From IMG/VR virus record IMGVR_UViG_3300035088_000014, positions 5,389 through 69,388 of that record: a stretch of DNA of 64,000 nucleotides. The stretch is one strand, 5' to 3'. Origin of the DNA: a virus. Below the pieces are notes generated by a model. The model did not search any database. It saw only the letters and a list, made by a program, of their open reading frames with translations, and had not been told where the DNA came from. Position numbers and translations under genes: made by a program. Shown piece after piece: positions 39,622-49,842 of the stretch (its first letter is position 1; each line of letters opens with the position of its first letter).

Positions 39622-41119
39622 TCCCCTAACAAATCATCCATGGTGGCCGAAAACTCCCGCACAAAAAGCAGCTCTTGATTGTGAAGCCGAACTCCTCATG
39701 TTCGGCGGTGCAGCAGGATCACTCAAGAGCCATACCCTCTGCTTGGACGCCATCCAAGAGCGCGACAATCCCAACCTGCGCGCCATATTTTTCCGTCAAA
39801 CATTCCCGCAGCTCAGCGACCTCCTAGAGAAGCAGCAGCGCCTCTACCGGCCCATGCTCGCCACCTACAACGAGCAAAAGAAAATCTGGACATTCCCCTC
39901 GAAGGCAACCGTATCTCTCGGCTATATCGACAAAGACGCTGACGTCTGGAACTACTGGGGAAAAGAATTCAGCGCGGAATATTTTGACGAGTCCACGCTT
40001 CTGCCCGAGTTCCGCGTCCGCACGATTCTCAGCCGTCTTCGCGCCACCGATCCATCCTTACGTCTGCGCGCACGCCTTGGCACCAACCCCGGCGGCATCG
40101 GCGCGGCATGGCACATCCATACCTTCCTTCGCGGTCACTGCCCGGTACACGAACCGGAGCGCTCCGCAATTCCCGGCCAGATTTATAAGAACGCAACGTG
40201 GAAGAGTGACAACGCCCACATTCCGCTGACCACCGCGTTCATACCGGGAAAACTCAGCGACCACAATTTACTCGGCGACAAGTACGCCCAGTTGCTGAAG
40301 ATGCAATCCGGCTCGCTGGCCAAGTCTCTTGAGATGGGCTGCTGGTGTGAACTGGACGGCGCCTACTTCTCCAACTGGAACAAAGACACCATGCGCGTAC
40401 CGTATGCCACGGTGGGCGAGCGCTGGTGGGACTCGCACTTCATCTCCATGGACTATGGGTTTGGAAAGTCTTCAGCCTCGGCCCATCTGCACGTTAGGAC
40501 TCAGGAAGGCAAGATCAGGACCATCGGCGAGCTTGTCGCTGCCCACATGCCGGCGTATGAGTTTGCCGAACAGGTCATAGAAACATTCGTCAAACCAGCG
40601 TACCAGGGAAATGCTAGGCGCATTGTCGCCGTGTACCTCGACCCGGCAAACTTCAAAGACATTGGCGACGGCCACACCATCGCCGACCAGATCAACGAGA
40701 AGCTGGATCCCTACAATCTGGCCTGCATTAAAGCGTCGAACGACCGTATCGGCGGCTGGCAGTTGATGTACCAGATGCTCTCAAGTGGCGAATGGGCCGT
40801 AGCCGATACCTGCCCGAAACTCGTAGAAGCGATACCAACCAGAATGCACGATGAGAAAAAGCCAGGAGATTTAATCAAGGTACCGGGCGACGATCTGGAC
40901 GACGTAATGGACGACACACGGTACGGAATCTATTCGTTTATCACGACGGCCGCAAAACCGGATTCGGTTCGGATCGAGGAAGCGCTGGCGGGTATACCGA
41001 TTGAAGATGCTACCAGCAGAATGATCAGGCACGCGCAGATCACCGCAGAACTGGCCGTATCGAAGGCCCCGGTAGCTTTAGGCCGGCGCGGTCTGATGAA
41101 TGCAAGAAGGAATAGATAG
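39599..41119 (+). CDS. terL: Terminase large subunit
   Basis: Walker A GGAAGSLKS, Walker B FDES, TNPGG, nuclease MDYG and DDVMDDTRYG. Confidence 0.93.
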   Translation: MSTVQVIDPLTNHPWWPKTPAQKAALDCEAELLMFGGAAGSLKSHTLCLDAIQERDNPNLRAIFFRQTFPQLSDLLEKQQRLYRPMLATYNEQKKIWTFPSKATVSLGYIDKDADVWNYWGKEFSAEYFDESTLLPEFRVRTILSRLRATDPSLRLRARLGTNPGGIGAAWHIHTFLRGHCPVHEPERSAIPGQIYKNATWKSDNAHIPLTTAFIPGKLSDHNLLGDKYAQLLKMQSGSLAKSLEMGCWCELDGAYFSNWNKDTMRVPYATVGERWWDSHFISMDYGFGKSSASAHLHVRTQEGKIRTIGELVAAHMPAYEFAEQVIETFVKPAYQGNARRIVAVYLDPANFKDIGDGHTIADQINEKLDPYNLACIKASNDRIGGWQLMYQMLSSGEWAVADTCPKLVEAIPTRMHDEKKPGDLIKVPGDDLDDVMDDTRYGIYSFITTAAKPDSVRIEEALAGIPIEDATSRMIRHAQITAELAVSKAPVALGRRGLMNARRNR

Positions 41120-41521
41120 GCTCACGGCTCAGTCTTTTCTGCTACGCTGGGCGCGGATTTTGTCAATGATTCTTAGCGCGGCATCTTTTCCCTCTTTCGC
41201 TGCTGAGCATAAATCGCAACGCTCACATTTGAGGCATACATTGTGCTCACAGAATTCATGTTCAATCGGCTGTCTCATTTCCGCCCCTCCCCCTGCGCGT
41301 CCCCGGCTGTCACACTCAACCGGGGATGTTGGCTTAACAACCTTCCTGGCTATCGTCGTTTCCATCTGTAACAAGCCGTCCGGTTACAAAATCGAAACAT
41401 CCAGTAAGTTCGGTGAGCGTGCAGACTGTTCCGTAATGACTCATCTTATACAGCAGTTCCGCACGGGTGAAGGTTCTTGCGCCTCTGTAGGCCAGGACTC
41501 GATTTTCCATGGTTCCTCCTT

Positions 41522-42016
41522 TTAGTCGTTGTCGGACGTTAGTTCCGCTCCGCTACAATCCGCACACACGCAGCCTTTTTGATGGCCTTCCTTTGTGTGT
41601 TGTGCCGCAAGCGCCTTGATGGCTTCAATCTCGGTTGCTCCCGTGCCGACAATGCCATCTTCCCGATCATCGAGCCATGCCGACCATCTCTGGTCTACCT
41701 TCGTTTTAAGAGAAGTGGAATCGCGGATAAATGCCTTGAGTTCTTCGTCGTTTTCATCACAGCTTGGGCAAGCAGCGCCGAGCACATGTACAGAATCAAC
41801 TCCCAAGTCCTTGGCTACTTTTGCCGCCCCGCATAGATGCTCTTGCCACTTGTGGTTTGGGTAGATAAACTCATTGGGAGAGTCCAGCCGAATATCTCCA
41901 AAGCCCTGTTCAACGCTGCCACGAATGATTGGCCCTCTGCCGCAAAGATCACATGGATGTGGGCCATAGAAAGTGATTACTGGATTGCTGATAGATACTT
42001 CTGCTGTTGCGTTCAT
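41522..42016 (-). CDS. Hypothetical Cys-rich protein
   Basis: GGAGG RBS; several CxxC. Confidence 0.6.
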   Translation of the reverse strand: MNATAEVSISNPVITFYGPHPCDLCGRGPIIRGSVEQGFGDIRLDSPNEFIYPNHKWQEHLCGAAKVAKDLGVDSVHVLGAACPSCDENDEELKAFIRDSTSLKTKVDQRWSAWLDDREDGIVGTGATEIEAIKALAAQHTKEGHQKGCVCADCSGAELTSDND

Positions 42017-42073
42017 TGTGTTTCCTCCTGCATAGATATGCGTGTTATTGCGATCTCGTTACCGAGTCAATGC

Positions 42074-42595
42074 TCATTTCTTCTCCGTTGGCGCGTCCCC
42101 GGTAGGTGGAGCGGGGAGCCGATAAACTTTGAATGCTCCTGGTGCGTCTGAGTCGCACAACCGTATTCCGTTAGTTTCGCCTGCGGAGTTGTGGGCGTAT
42201 CGGCACCATGCCACATAATTTTCTTCGTCCCACCCTTGCCCGTTCTGCGGCCCGGCCAGCGCGGTTTCATTGCGGTACGCTTCAAGCAGAGGGCCAAGCT
42301 CGGTTGATGAGTAGTTGCGAATATCCGCAAAGCCACGTCTTGCCAGCCATCGTTCGCCGTTTATTGGCGGCTCCGGCGTTCCTTGCGCTGGAGAGGGGGC
42401 GGAATCGAGATATGCGTGTTCCGTTACCTGAGTGTCCTGCCAATGCCAACCGCGCTTGATTCGCCATGCATCATCACGGCGGCAGAAGTGAATCGCGTTG
42501 TCTATTTCGGTAATGAAATCCCGTGAGCTATCCCCAGCCCAATAGCCTTGACTCTTGCCGTTCTCAAAACGTTCGATTACCCAGAAAGTATTCAT
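42074..42595 (-). CDS. Hypothetical mosaic phage protein
   Basis: ATGA-coupled; CDSDAPGAF motif. Confidence 0.6.
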   Translation of the reverse strand: MNTFWVIERFENGKSQGYWAGDSSRDFITEIDNAIHFCRRDDAWRIKRGWHWQDTQVTEHAYLDSAPSPAQGTPEPPINGERWLARRGFADIRNYSSTELGPLLEAYRNETALAGPQNGQGWDEENYVAWCRYAHNSAGETNGIRLCDSDAPGAFKVYRLPAPPTGDAPTEKK

Positions 42596-42789
42596 CTCTT
42601 CTCCTCCGGTCCCGGCTGAGCGGTCTTAATGGCTGATTGCGAAATAATACGTTCAATTTCGTCTGTCACATCTTGCTTTTGGCCTTTGATTACCAGCGCA
42701 TTGCGCTCAGCATCAAGCCATTCATAGTTGGTGAATGCGTACCAGCGACGGGTCATCGGACTCTGACGAATCAACATTGGCCTTTTCAT
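42592..42789 (-). CDS. Hypothetical phage protein
   Basis: GGAG RBS before MKRPMLIRQSP. Confidence 0.55.
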   Translation of the reverse strand: MKRPMLIRQSPMTRRWYAFTNYEWLDAERNALVIKGQKQDVTDEIERIISQSAIKTAQPGPEEKR

Positions 42790-43871
42790 ATTTTCTCCTT
42801 GTCGCACACGCCACACGAATAGCCTTTACCCTTGGAGCTTGGCAACCAAATATGCTTATGCCCCGGCTGAGCGGGTGCGCCTACCAAGTGCTTGCGAAGT
42901 TCATTGGCAATTAACGGAACAAAATATTCAAGTCTCTCGAACGTGAGGTTGCAGACATCAAGTGCAACCACTGTAGCTATGGCCCGTGCGATCTCTTCCA
43001 CCTGTGGCGTCCCTTGGGCCGCGCCGGGGAGATATTTTGCAAATTCAGCTGCTTGCTTCTCGATATCTTCAAGCACGCATCTATTACAAGTAGCAGGCTG
43101 TTTGGTGCAATCGCCGCAATGCTTTCCGTCTGCCCAGATAGGATCATTCATCGACTCGCGCAACTTCGCCAAATCCATATCTGCCCACCACTTTGCGAAG
43201 AAGGTTAGGAATTCCAGTGTTGGCGTGGGCTGCGTTCCTGCCAAGGAGGGAGCGGCGAGAACTTTGTGGGCCTCTTCGCATATAACGTCTAATTCTTTTT
43301 CGCTGGCCTGTACAGCACCATATTCAACAATGCGGTATTGATTGCGCGGGTAACGCTCATCCCAATCCACCAACTTTTGCAGTACAGCCTGTGGCGCGGA
43401 GGCCATCTCCGTTGCTTGGGTGGGCGCTATAGTCCAAGGGCAATCACAAATAAATCCTTGTTCCTCTGGTTCCATGCCCACCCATGTACACTGCTTGCTT
43501 CCGTGTGGCGCGTGTCCGCAGGAGCACAGTTCAACCTTGGGCGCGGATGGTTCAGGCAGTGTGCTAGTTCCGCATGACATACAGAGCCAATGAGTGCGCT
43601 TGAATATCCTGCCAATGAGAACGCCAGCAGGAGTGAATATTGCTCCACATACATGGCACGATGGATTACCGTCAAGCGACGGATTCGTCGGCTCCTGAGC
43701 TGGGGCTGGGGCAAAGAACTGGGCAAAGTCGGATAGCCGAAACATTCCAAGGCCGGGATGAGGCCTAGTGAAATTGCCGACAACAGCAGAGCATTTATTG
43801 CATGATACCTGCCCCACAAACGGCCAGAATCCAATATCATCGCTCCCACACTTCGGACATTTAGGAATCAT
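42786..43871 (-). CDS. Multi-zinc-finger mosaic protein
   Basis: Several CxxC modules separated by AP-rich linkers. Confidence 0.65.
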   Translation of the reverse strand: MIPKCPKCGSDDIGFWPFVGQVSCNKCSAVVGNFTRPHPGLGMFRLSDFAQFFAPAPAQEPTNPSLDGNPSCHVCGAIFTPAGVLIGRIFKRTHWLCMSCGTSTLPEPSAPKVELCSCGHAPHGSKQCTWVGMEPEEQGFICDCPWTIAPTQATEMASAPQAVLQKLVDWDERYPRNQYRIVEYGAVQASEKELDVICEEAHKVLAAPSLAGTQPTPTLEFLTFFAKWWADMDLAKLRESMNDPIWADGKHCGDCTKQPATCNRCVLEDIEKQAAEFAKYLPGAAQGTPQVEEIARAIATVVALDVCNLTFERLEYFVPLIANELRKHLVGAPAQPGHKHIWLPSSKGKGYSCGVCDKEKI

Positions 43872-44302
43872 ACGTGCCTCCATGCGATGCCCTGCCGAAT
43901 GTGGCCTATAGCGGTTTCTCCTACGCCATGGACAGCGGCTAGTTCCTTAATGGATTGATTGCTTTCTCTAATTTCTTTGACTTGTGCTTCCGAAAGCTTA
44001 GTAGCTTTATTCCGGCCTTTAACCAAGCAGTCAATCGCATTGTCGTATGCGGTGCCAACAAGGAGATGTGCAGGATTAACGCAGCAGCGAACATCGCACT
44101 TGTGGCACACCATTGCGCCTTCTGGGATCGTCCCGATAAATTGCTCATACGAGAATCTGTGAGCAAGGGTACGCGCTGGAAGGTGTATGGTTCCGTATCC
44201 ATTGGAACGTATTGCTCCAGTCCATAGCCAGCATCCGGTGTTTGGTTCAGGAGAAATCTTGTCCCAGAATCGCTCAATGGCAGGTTGCTTTTTACCTTGC
44301 AT
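43868..44302 (-). CDS. HNH homing endonuclease
   Basis: GCWLWTG, AHRFSY, VCHKCD..CVNPAHL, C-terminal HTH. Confidence 0.9.
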   Translation of the reverse strand: MQGKKQPAIERFWDKISPEPNTGCWLWTGAIRSNGYGTIHLPARTLAHRFSYEQFIGTIPEGAMVCHKCDVRCCVNPAHLLVGTAYDNAIDCLVKGRNKATKLSEAQVKEIRESNQSIKELAAVHGVGETAIGHIRQGIAWRHV

Positions 44303-44447
44303 GTTTTCTCTCCGTCATCTTCTTCTCCATCCCCATTCCCCCAGCGTCAGAAATTCTCAAATCTTTATCGTCTACAGCGCATGGCCCGTGGTTCGCTTGG
44401 CTCAGGGTCCCAAGCCCAAAAACCCCACTTCGCTCCGTGGTTGCTTT

Positions 44448-45542
44448 TTAAAACAGCTTCAGCCCCGCAAGAGCAAGAAACCGTGATTCCATTTCGGTAC
44501 GTTCGTCGTGATCATTCCAGGTGCATATCTGTGCCGCTTCAAACTTCTTTCCTGCTGCGGCCGCTTTGTTGATTTCGTCGATACACATCTGCCACTGGCC
44601 GTAAGGAATCTTTCTGGCCGGCGCGGTCTTGTCCCAGATTGAATGCGCTGGATCGTTCGGGTTGTGGTCGTCGAAGCCGTCGAATATGCACGGGATCTGG
44701 ATAGCGTCTTTTTTGCCGAGATAGAATTCGATGTATTGCTGTGGGCTGCTCGGCGCGAAGCCATTGACCCAGCCGTAACTACCGGCGCAGTTCGCCGCGA
44801 CCGAGGTCTGATTCAACACGGTCAGGTCTGGGTTATTTTTTGCAAAGGCCGACACGTCCATCTTAGCGTTCGCCCAGCCGAATTCCCACAGTACCGGCTT
44901 ACCGGCAATCTTGGTGTAGTTCGCGAGCGGGAGATACTTTTGGCGGATGTAGGCCAGGGCGGAGTTAAGGACCGAGATGTGGTCTCCTGTCGCCCATTTA
45001 AACGTGCCGGAGTCAACCATGATAGAAAACTCCATCCCAAGGGCTGCAGTCGCAGCACCAAGCAACTGAGTGAACCTGTCGGTCGGTTTAGCGAAGTCTG
45101 CCGCCTGTGGGCCATACCAGTCCACAATGAAGCCATCTATTCCGACTGCATGGGCCGCGAGCACCTGGTTGTGTACCGTGCTAGGATCGTCACTCTGGCA
45201 GACGTTGGCCATGTGTTTTGAGCCGTCGGAGCCATTGAACCAGCCCTGACAGTTAGCCAGTAGCTTTATTCCGGCTGGAAGTTGAGACTTGATGTTGAAT
45301 ATTAGCGGCCGTGCCGCAAGCTGGGACTGGAGCGCCAGCACCTTTGCTGCAAGCGATTGATCGTCCGCAGCCACGAGCTTGAGTTTCCCTTGCAGGTCTT
45401 CGATTTGCGCCTTATCCAGAAGTCCCTGGTCGGTGCAGGCCTGTAGCTTGCCGTTGAGGGAGTCGATGGCAGAGTTATTTTCGTTGAGAGTGGCGTCCAG
45501 TTCTGTTGCTGCATCAATGATCGTCTGTGATTGCGTATTCAT
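44448..45542 (-). CDS. GH71/GH99-like glycoside hydrolase with N-terminal coiled coil
   Basis: GIDGFIVDWYG, GKPVLWEF, GFDD, TWNDHDERTEME. Confidence 0.7.
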   Translation of the reverse strand: MNTQSQTIIDAATELDATLNENNSAIDSLNGKLQACTDQGLLDKAQIEDLQGKLKLVAADDQSLAAKVLALQSQLAARPLIFNIKSQLPAGIKLLANCQGWFNGSDGSKHMANVCQSDDPSTVHNQVLAAHAVGIDGFIVDWYGPQAADFAKPTDRFTQLLGAATAALGMEFSIMVDSGTFKWATGDHISVLNSALAYIRQKYLPLANYTKIAGKPVLWEFGWANAKMDVSAFAKNNPDLTVLNQTSVAANCAGSYGWVNGFAPSSPQQYIEFYLGKKDAIQIPCIFDGFDDHNPNDPAHSIWDKTAPARKIPYGQWQMCIDEINKAAAAGKKFEAAQICTWNDHDERTEMESRFLALAGLKLF

Positions 45543-45603
45543 AGAATGGTTTCCTTTTCTTTTTGTTACATCGTCCTAGCGTTGGGACTCCTTCGTGGGT
45601 CCC

Positions 45604-46416
45604 TTACCCAGCCGCCTCTTCGCTAGCGTGGTTGCAGGCCATGAGTTGAGGACAGAAGTTTTTCTTTAGCATGCCGAAGATTCTCCCGAGCCATGTATTT
45701 TTTAGGATCGGTACATATTTGAATGCAGCAAAGATCAACAGGATCGCGATAGCCAGTGCGCTCACTGTGTATGCGGCATAGTGAAGGTAAATTTCGATTG
45801 CTGCTGGGGTTGAGATGTGGCGCTTAGTTTGAATATCCATCACCGGTAAAACCGTCGCAACGAAAAGCACGAAGCCAATAACGCCGGCAAGTGCTGTAAT
45901 CGCGAACACTTTTCCGAATCGCGGGTACTTCTGACAAAGAGTTGCGATGGCGAACGTGATCACGGCCAGCGCGATTAGACATACGACGATAATGCCGATC
46001 GTCTTCAGCGCGGTCTTTGGGTCTTCCATGAATGCGTGCCATAGATCAGGGATGACTACTGCCGCGAAAAAACTCACCAGCGCAATGACGAACGAGGCCA
46101 GCACTATAGCGAGTACGGTCAGCCAGTAGGTTCCGCAGAGCGACATACTCTTGAGTGGCCTTTCCTCTGTCGATTCAAAGAAAAGCATAAGCTTCCATAG
46201 CGGGTTGCTGCCGTCAAAGCACAAATCTCCGGTGAGCGTTTCATGCACGCGGAAGAAAGAAAAAATGATGATGCTGACCGCAGCGACGAACAGGACGACG
46301 CTCGCGCCTTCGGTTGCGTAGTTCCACTTATCGGGAAGGTTTAGATTCGCCAGCGGAAACTGCAGACCGACTATTGCCGCTGCCAAAATACCGAGAATAA
46401 TTCTTGCTTTGATCAT
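45604..46416 (-). CDS. Multi-pass membrane protein
   Basis: About six hydrophobic segments; ATGA-coupled start. Confidence 0.7.
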   Translation of the reverse strand: MIKARIILGILAAAIVGLQFPLANLNLPDKWNYATEGASVVLFVAAVSIIIFSFFRVHETLTGDLCFDGSNPLWKLMLFFESTEERPLKSMSLCGTYWLTVLAIVLASFVIALVSFFAAVVIPDLWHAFMEDPKTALKTIGIIVVCLIALAVITFAIATLCQKYPRFGKVFAITALAGVIGFVLFVATVLPVMDIQTKRHISTPAAIEIYLHYAAYTVSALAIAILLIFAAFKYVPILKNTWLGRIFGMLKKNFCPQLMACNHASEEAAG

Positions 46417-46619
46417 GCTGCTTTCTCCTTCGCCTGTAACTGTTTTGCCCTTGCCTTCAAACACAATCTGCTTCCGGTGTGGATCTTGAGATTGGCTCGC
46501 CACAAGCCACACAGCGGACACGGTAAGATCGGCAACCGCGCAGTACGTTCACGGGGCGCGCTTCGCAGCGAGCGAGTGAAGTAATACCGATTGCCGATTC
46601 TTCCGTAGGATGAACTCAT
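46413..46619 (-). CDS. Small Zn-finger protein
   Basis: CPLC..H..C; ATGA-coupled both ends. Confidence 0.55.
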   Translation of the reverse strand: MSSSYGRIGNRYYFTRSLRSAPRERTARLPILPCPLCGLWRANLKIHTGSRLCLKARAKQLQAKEKAA

Positions 46620-47086
46620 GCTGCTGTGGCCTGTGTTCCTTCCGGCGGTGGCTCGGTCTGGCCCTCTGCCACCACTGCTGTTTCCGGTGCCAATTCGACA
46701 GTCGTTTCCGCGAACGGCAGAATCTCTTGCAATTCGTTGAACGTCATCGCCTGGACCTTGACCACTTCTCCGGTGTCCAACCGAATGATGGTTTTCTGTG
46801 CCGGACTCGGTTTGTGATAGAGAACCTTGCACTCTATGTTTCGGTACTCGTACCCGCTGTTGAACTTGCGTGCGAGTGAACTGGTATCAGCCCGAAGGCT
46901 GGCTATGCGGTCGCCGAATTGAGCGACGGTCGCTTTCTTGGCTTCTTCGGTTTCTGACATCTCAGAGGTTTTGCGCGCGAGTTCAGTTGCGAAATCGTGC
47001 ATCTCTTCACCGCTGAAGACGTACTTTAGAAACTCCTTTACGATTGCACTGCGGTTTCCGTTGGTGTTTCCGTTTGTCTCGGACAT
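46616..47086 (-). CDS. Conserved phage coiled-coil protein
   Basis: IIRLDTGEVV motif; GAGG RBS. Confidence 0.7.
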   Translation of the reverse strand: MSETNGNTNGNRSAIVKEFLKYVFSGEEMHDFATELARKTSEMSETEEAKKATVAQFGDRIASLRADTSSLARKFNSGYEYRNIECKVLYHKPSPAQKTIIRLDTGEVVKVQAMTFNELQEILPFAETTVELAPETAVVAEGQTEPPPEGTQATAA

Positions 47087-47104
47087 GTAGGTTTCCTCTC
47101 TCGG

Positions 47105-47620
47105 TTAAAAGTTGTTGTCTGCTTCTGGAATTCTTGTGACTGCGCGCACCGGCGCACCGTTGATTGCTTTGGCCAGTAACTCCGGAACGCTGGCCGCGTG
47201 TTCTTTGACTTCCACTTCCACGCGCTCCGGAAGCCCATACTCTTTCCGCGCGTTGATGTTGATCACCTGGGCATCGTCGTTGAAAATTATTCCCGTCAAA
47301 GAATCTTCGGCAGCTCGAACGAGCTTCGATAAATCCGGCTTGACCACATGACAGGTGCGCTTCTTGGGGATAGACGGCGGGCGCGAGAAGTAGAAGGTGA
47401 ATGTCACTTCTACCGGCTCATGCTTCAAAAAAACCAGATCTCCGAACCCAGCAGCAGACCGAGCGCTCATTGCGGCCTTTGAGACTTCTTGCCGGAAAGA
47501 CTTCAGGTTCTTGTTGTCGCTGGTAAGCACTGGGCGCTTCCAGCCCTTCGGCGTGAAGGCGCGTACCGAACCTTGCGGCTCAGGGGTGCAGTAGGCACAT
47601 AGGGAGATGCGGCGGGTCAT
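47105..47620 (-). CDS. rusA: RusA-family Holliday junction resolvase
   Basis: PQGS, KPDLSKL..AEDSLTG..FNDDAQV. Confidence 0.9.
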   Translation of the reverse strand: MTRRISLCAYCTPEPQGSVRAFTPKGWKRPVLTSDNKNLKSFRQEVSKAAMSARSAAGFGDLVFLKHEPVEVTFTFYFSRPPSIPKKRTCHVVKPDLSKLVRAAEDSLTGIIFNDDAQVININARKEYGLPERVEVEVKEHAASVPELLAKAINGAPVRAVTRIPEADNNF

Positions 47621-47823
47621 CGGTTTCTTCCTTCCGTAAGCTGCTCTTGCTCGGTGAATATTTCCGGCTTGTCGTGTGCGAACCATGCGGCAAGAATCAC
47701 GTTCGCCACTTCTGGCCCGGTGAAAGTACGACCGGAGAACTGGAACATCAGGGCAAGCCGCGTCAGGCAGCCTTTAACGATGAACTCGGCGCGCTCCTGC
47801 TCGGTCTTGCCCAGAATCTTCAT
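47617..47823 (-). CDS. Hypothetical protein
   Basis: 68 aa coupled to neighbours. Confidence 0.55.
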   Translation of the reverse strand: MKILGKTEQERAEFIVKGCLTRLALMFQFSGRTFTGPEVANVILAAWFAHDKPEIFTEQEQLTEGRNR

Positions 47824-47824
47824 C

Positions 47825-48115
47825 TCAGGCCACCATCTCTTTCAGTCGGGCCAGCCGGTAAAGTTTTTCTGACGCGGCCACCAGGAGATCAACCTGTGCT
47901 TTCTTTTGCGGCTTGGCGCGCCGGCGGAACTGCACTTCGGCCCCGATCGAGCGTTTTGCCCGTGTGACCATGTTGCGGTGAATCCCCAAGTCCCGGGCTG
48001 CCAGTCCCACCGAGCCGCCGTTTCTCTGCAATGCCTCGGCAATGAGCCGGTTCCGGTATGCACTCACCAGTGTGTGATAGAGCGAACTTTGTGATTCTCT
48101 GGTAGATTGATTCAT
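47825..48115 (-). CDS. Fis-like HTH protein
   Basis: ALQRNGGSVGLAARDLGIHRN. Confidence 0.8.
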   Translation of the reverse strand: MNQSTRESQSSLYHTLVSAYRNRLIAEALQRNGGSVGLAARDLGIHRNMVTRAKRSIGAEVQFRRRAKPQKKAQVDLLVAASEKLYRLARLKEMVA

Positions 48116-48338
48116 ATATTTCCTTTCTCAACTCCGGAGCGCGGCTGCTAAAACAGTTCGCGCTCTGATTCGTTAAAGTGTTCTCACATCCAAGTGCCAC
48201 GCGATGATGAAGCTGGCCATCTTTGAGCCTCTGGACTTCGATAGACGAATTTGGCCGATGATCATGGGATCGGTTTCGTTCTGTACCGCCAATTCATTTG
48301 CCATAACTAAACACTCCTTTGAAACTTCTCGGCTAACT

Positions 48339-49169
48339 TCATCTGAAATTTACTGCCTTGACCCTCTGTCTGAAATCAATTCCGTCCATGGGAATAACGC
48401 GGCACATTTCGCGCAGCCTTGAAACCATGTCGGCGCCGATCTTGTCTTGTAAAAGTATTGGCGGTGGACCACCAGGAGCGCGCTGCGCTGCCAGCGGAAA
48501 GTTTGTAGTTGCCAAAGTTGTGCGCTGCTTTGCGTAGCGACCGCCGATAATTTCCCGGATCTTGTCCAGCACCCAGTCGCTGGCTTTAACTTTCCCCAAT
48601 TCGTCCAGAAGTAACACTTCCACGTTGATCACGTGATTTAAAATTTGGCTCTCTGTGTCCCAGTGGTTGCCCTCGTCGTCGGTGACGTACTTCGCAGCGC
48701 CGTTGTCGTTGTACGTGTTGCGTATCTCGGTGAGTAGGTCGGCGTAGGAATAGAACAAAACCGGGACCCCCTTCGCCACAAGTTCACGCAGCGCCGAACA
48801 GGCAAGGTGTGTCTTCCCCACGCCCAATGGACCAACAAACAGCAGCCCTTCTCTGCTTGCTGGGTATTCTTCGACAAACTTAATTGCGGCCAGTTTGGAG
48901 ATTCCAAGTGATGGGCTGGCGCTCGGAAAGTCTGTCGCAAACTCACTGAAGCCATGGGCGTACCGCTCTGGTATGCGACCCTGTTTCAAAAGTAGACCCT
49001 TGCGCTTCTCCAGAAAACAGTCGCACCGGGTAAACCGATCTGCCTTCCCTGGTACGGTTATTTTTTTCCATCCCATATCGCTACATTTTGCGCATTCAAT
49101 CACAGGATCGTCTGCGCTTACAGTTTGCTCCGGAAGTTCAATCTCGCTGACGTGTACAAACTCGGCCAT
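48339..49169 (-). CDS. DnaC/IstB-like helicase loader ATPase
   Basis: CAKC..CDC, Walker A GPLGVGKT, Walker B LLLDELG, SRLREMC. Confidence 0.9.
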   Translation of the reverse strand: MAEFVHVSEIELPEQTVSADDPVIECAKCSDMGWKKITVPGKADRFTRCDCFLEKRKGLLLKQGRIPERYAHGFSEFATDFPSASPSLGISKLAAIKFVEEYPASREGLLFVGPLGVGKTHLACSALRELVAKGVPVLFYSYADLLTEIRNTYNDNGAAKYVTDDEGNHWDTESQILNHVINVEVLLLDELGKVKASDWVLDKIREIIGGRYAKQRTTLATTNFPLAAQRAPGGPPPILLQDKIGADMVSRLREMCRVIPMDGIDFRQRVKAVNFR

Positions 49170-49188
49170 GCGGTTCCTCTTGTGTTAC

Positions 49189-49420
49189 TGTGTAAAACCT
49201 GTGGATTTATGTGGAATACTGCGGATACTGCAAATATAATTCCCGGCGTTACGTATCTACCCACAATGGTTCAACAGCATCTGATGTTGATTTCCACAGA
49301 TTTTCTAGTTCACTTTCTAGTTTGTTATCAGTGCCTTGAATTGTATTTTCCACAGATTGCGGTGCCGCCTGCTGCTGCTCTAAAGATATACATACATAAT
49401 CTATGTAAGTATTCTTAAAA
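49189..49420. promoter_or_regulatory. Putative replication origin (DnaA-box array plus AT-rich tract)
   Basis: Two perfect TTWTNCACA boxes, about five degenerate ones, AT-rich 49381-49420. Confidence 0.55.
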
Positions 49421-49842
49421 GCAGTAGCGCTCATAGTTCCTTTTTTACAATTGCAACTACGGCACGCGGCAACTATGTTGCTAATGTAGTCAGAGCCGCC
49501 CCTAGACAGGGGTATGATGTGGTCACGTGTCCATGTATCCTCTGTCATCTCGCGGTGACAGTAATAACAAAGCCATTGTTGGGCTTGGAGTACAGCCAGC
49601 CATTCGTGATGAGTATGGGAACCGGGAGATAAGGCAACACGGGCGCGGCGTTGACGAGCGGCAAAGTAGTCACGGCGACGGCTGCGGTTTCGACCAGCCT
49701 TGCGGCATCTAAGGCACCACCGCATTCGTCGGCAGATAGTCACAAACGAATCACCACAAGCACAGTAAATCGTGAATACCTTAGCCAATTTCACTCCACT
49801 CCCTTGGGTTTGTTGCTTGCGTGCTGCATGATCTGGTGACAA
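49249..49842 (-). CDS. HNH endonuclease
   Basis: CYYC..TRDHIIPLSRGG....NIVAACRSCN.KKG. Confidence 0.85.
   Translation of the reverse strand: MSPDHAARKQQTQGSGVKLAKVFTIYCACGDSFVTICRRMRWCLRCRKAGRNRSRRRDYFAARQRRARVALSPGSHTHHEWLAVLQAQQWLCYYCHREMTEDTWTRDHIIPLSRGGSDYISNIVAACRSCNCKKGTMSATAFKNTYIDYVCISLEQQQAAPQSVENTIQGTDNKLESELENLWKSTSDAVEPLWVDT

Noticed and set aside
39121-41119. Terminase far from portal as a novelty
   Set aside because: Terminase after the internal virion genes is the known T7-like podovirus order
44303-44447. Possible structured ncRNA between the GH and HNH genes
   Set aside because: Only short stems seen and no family recognised; needs covariance analysis
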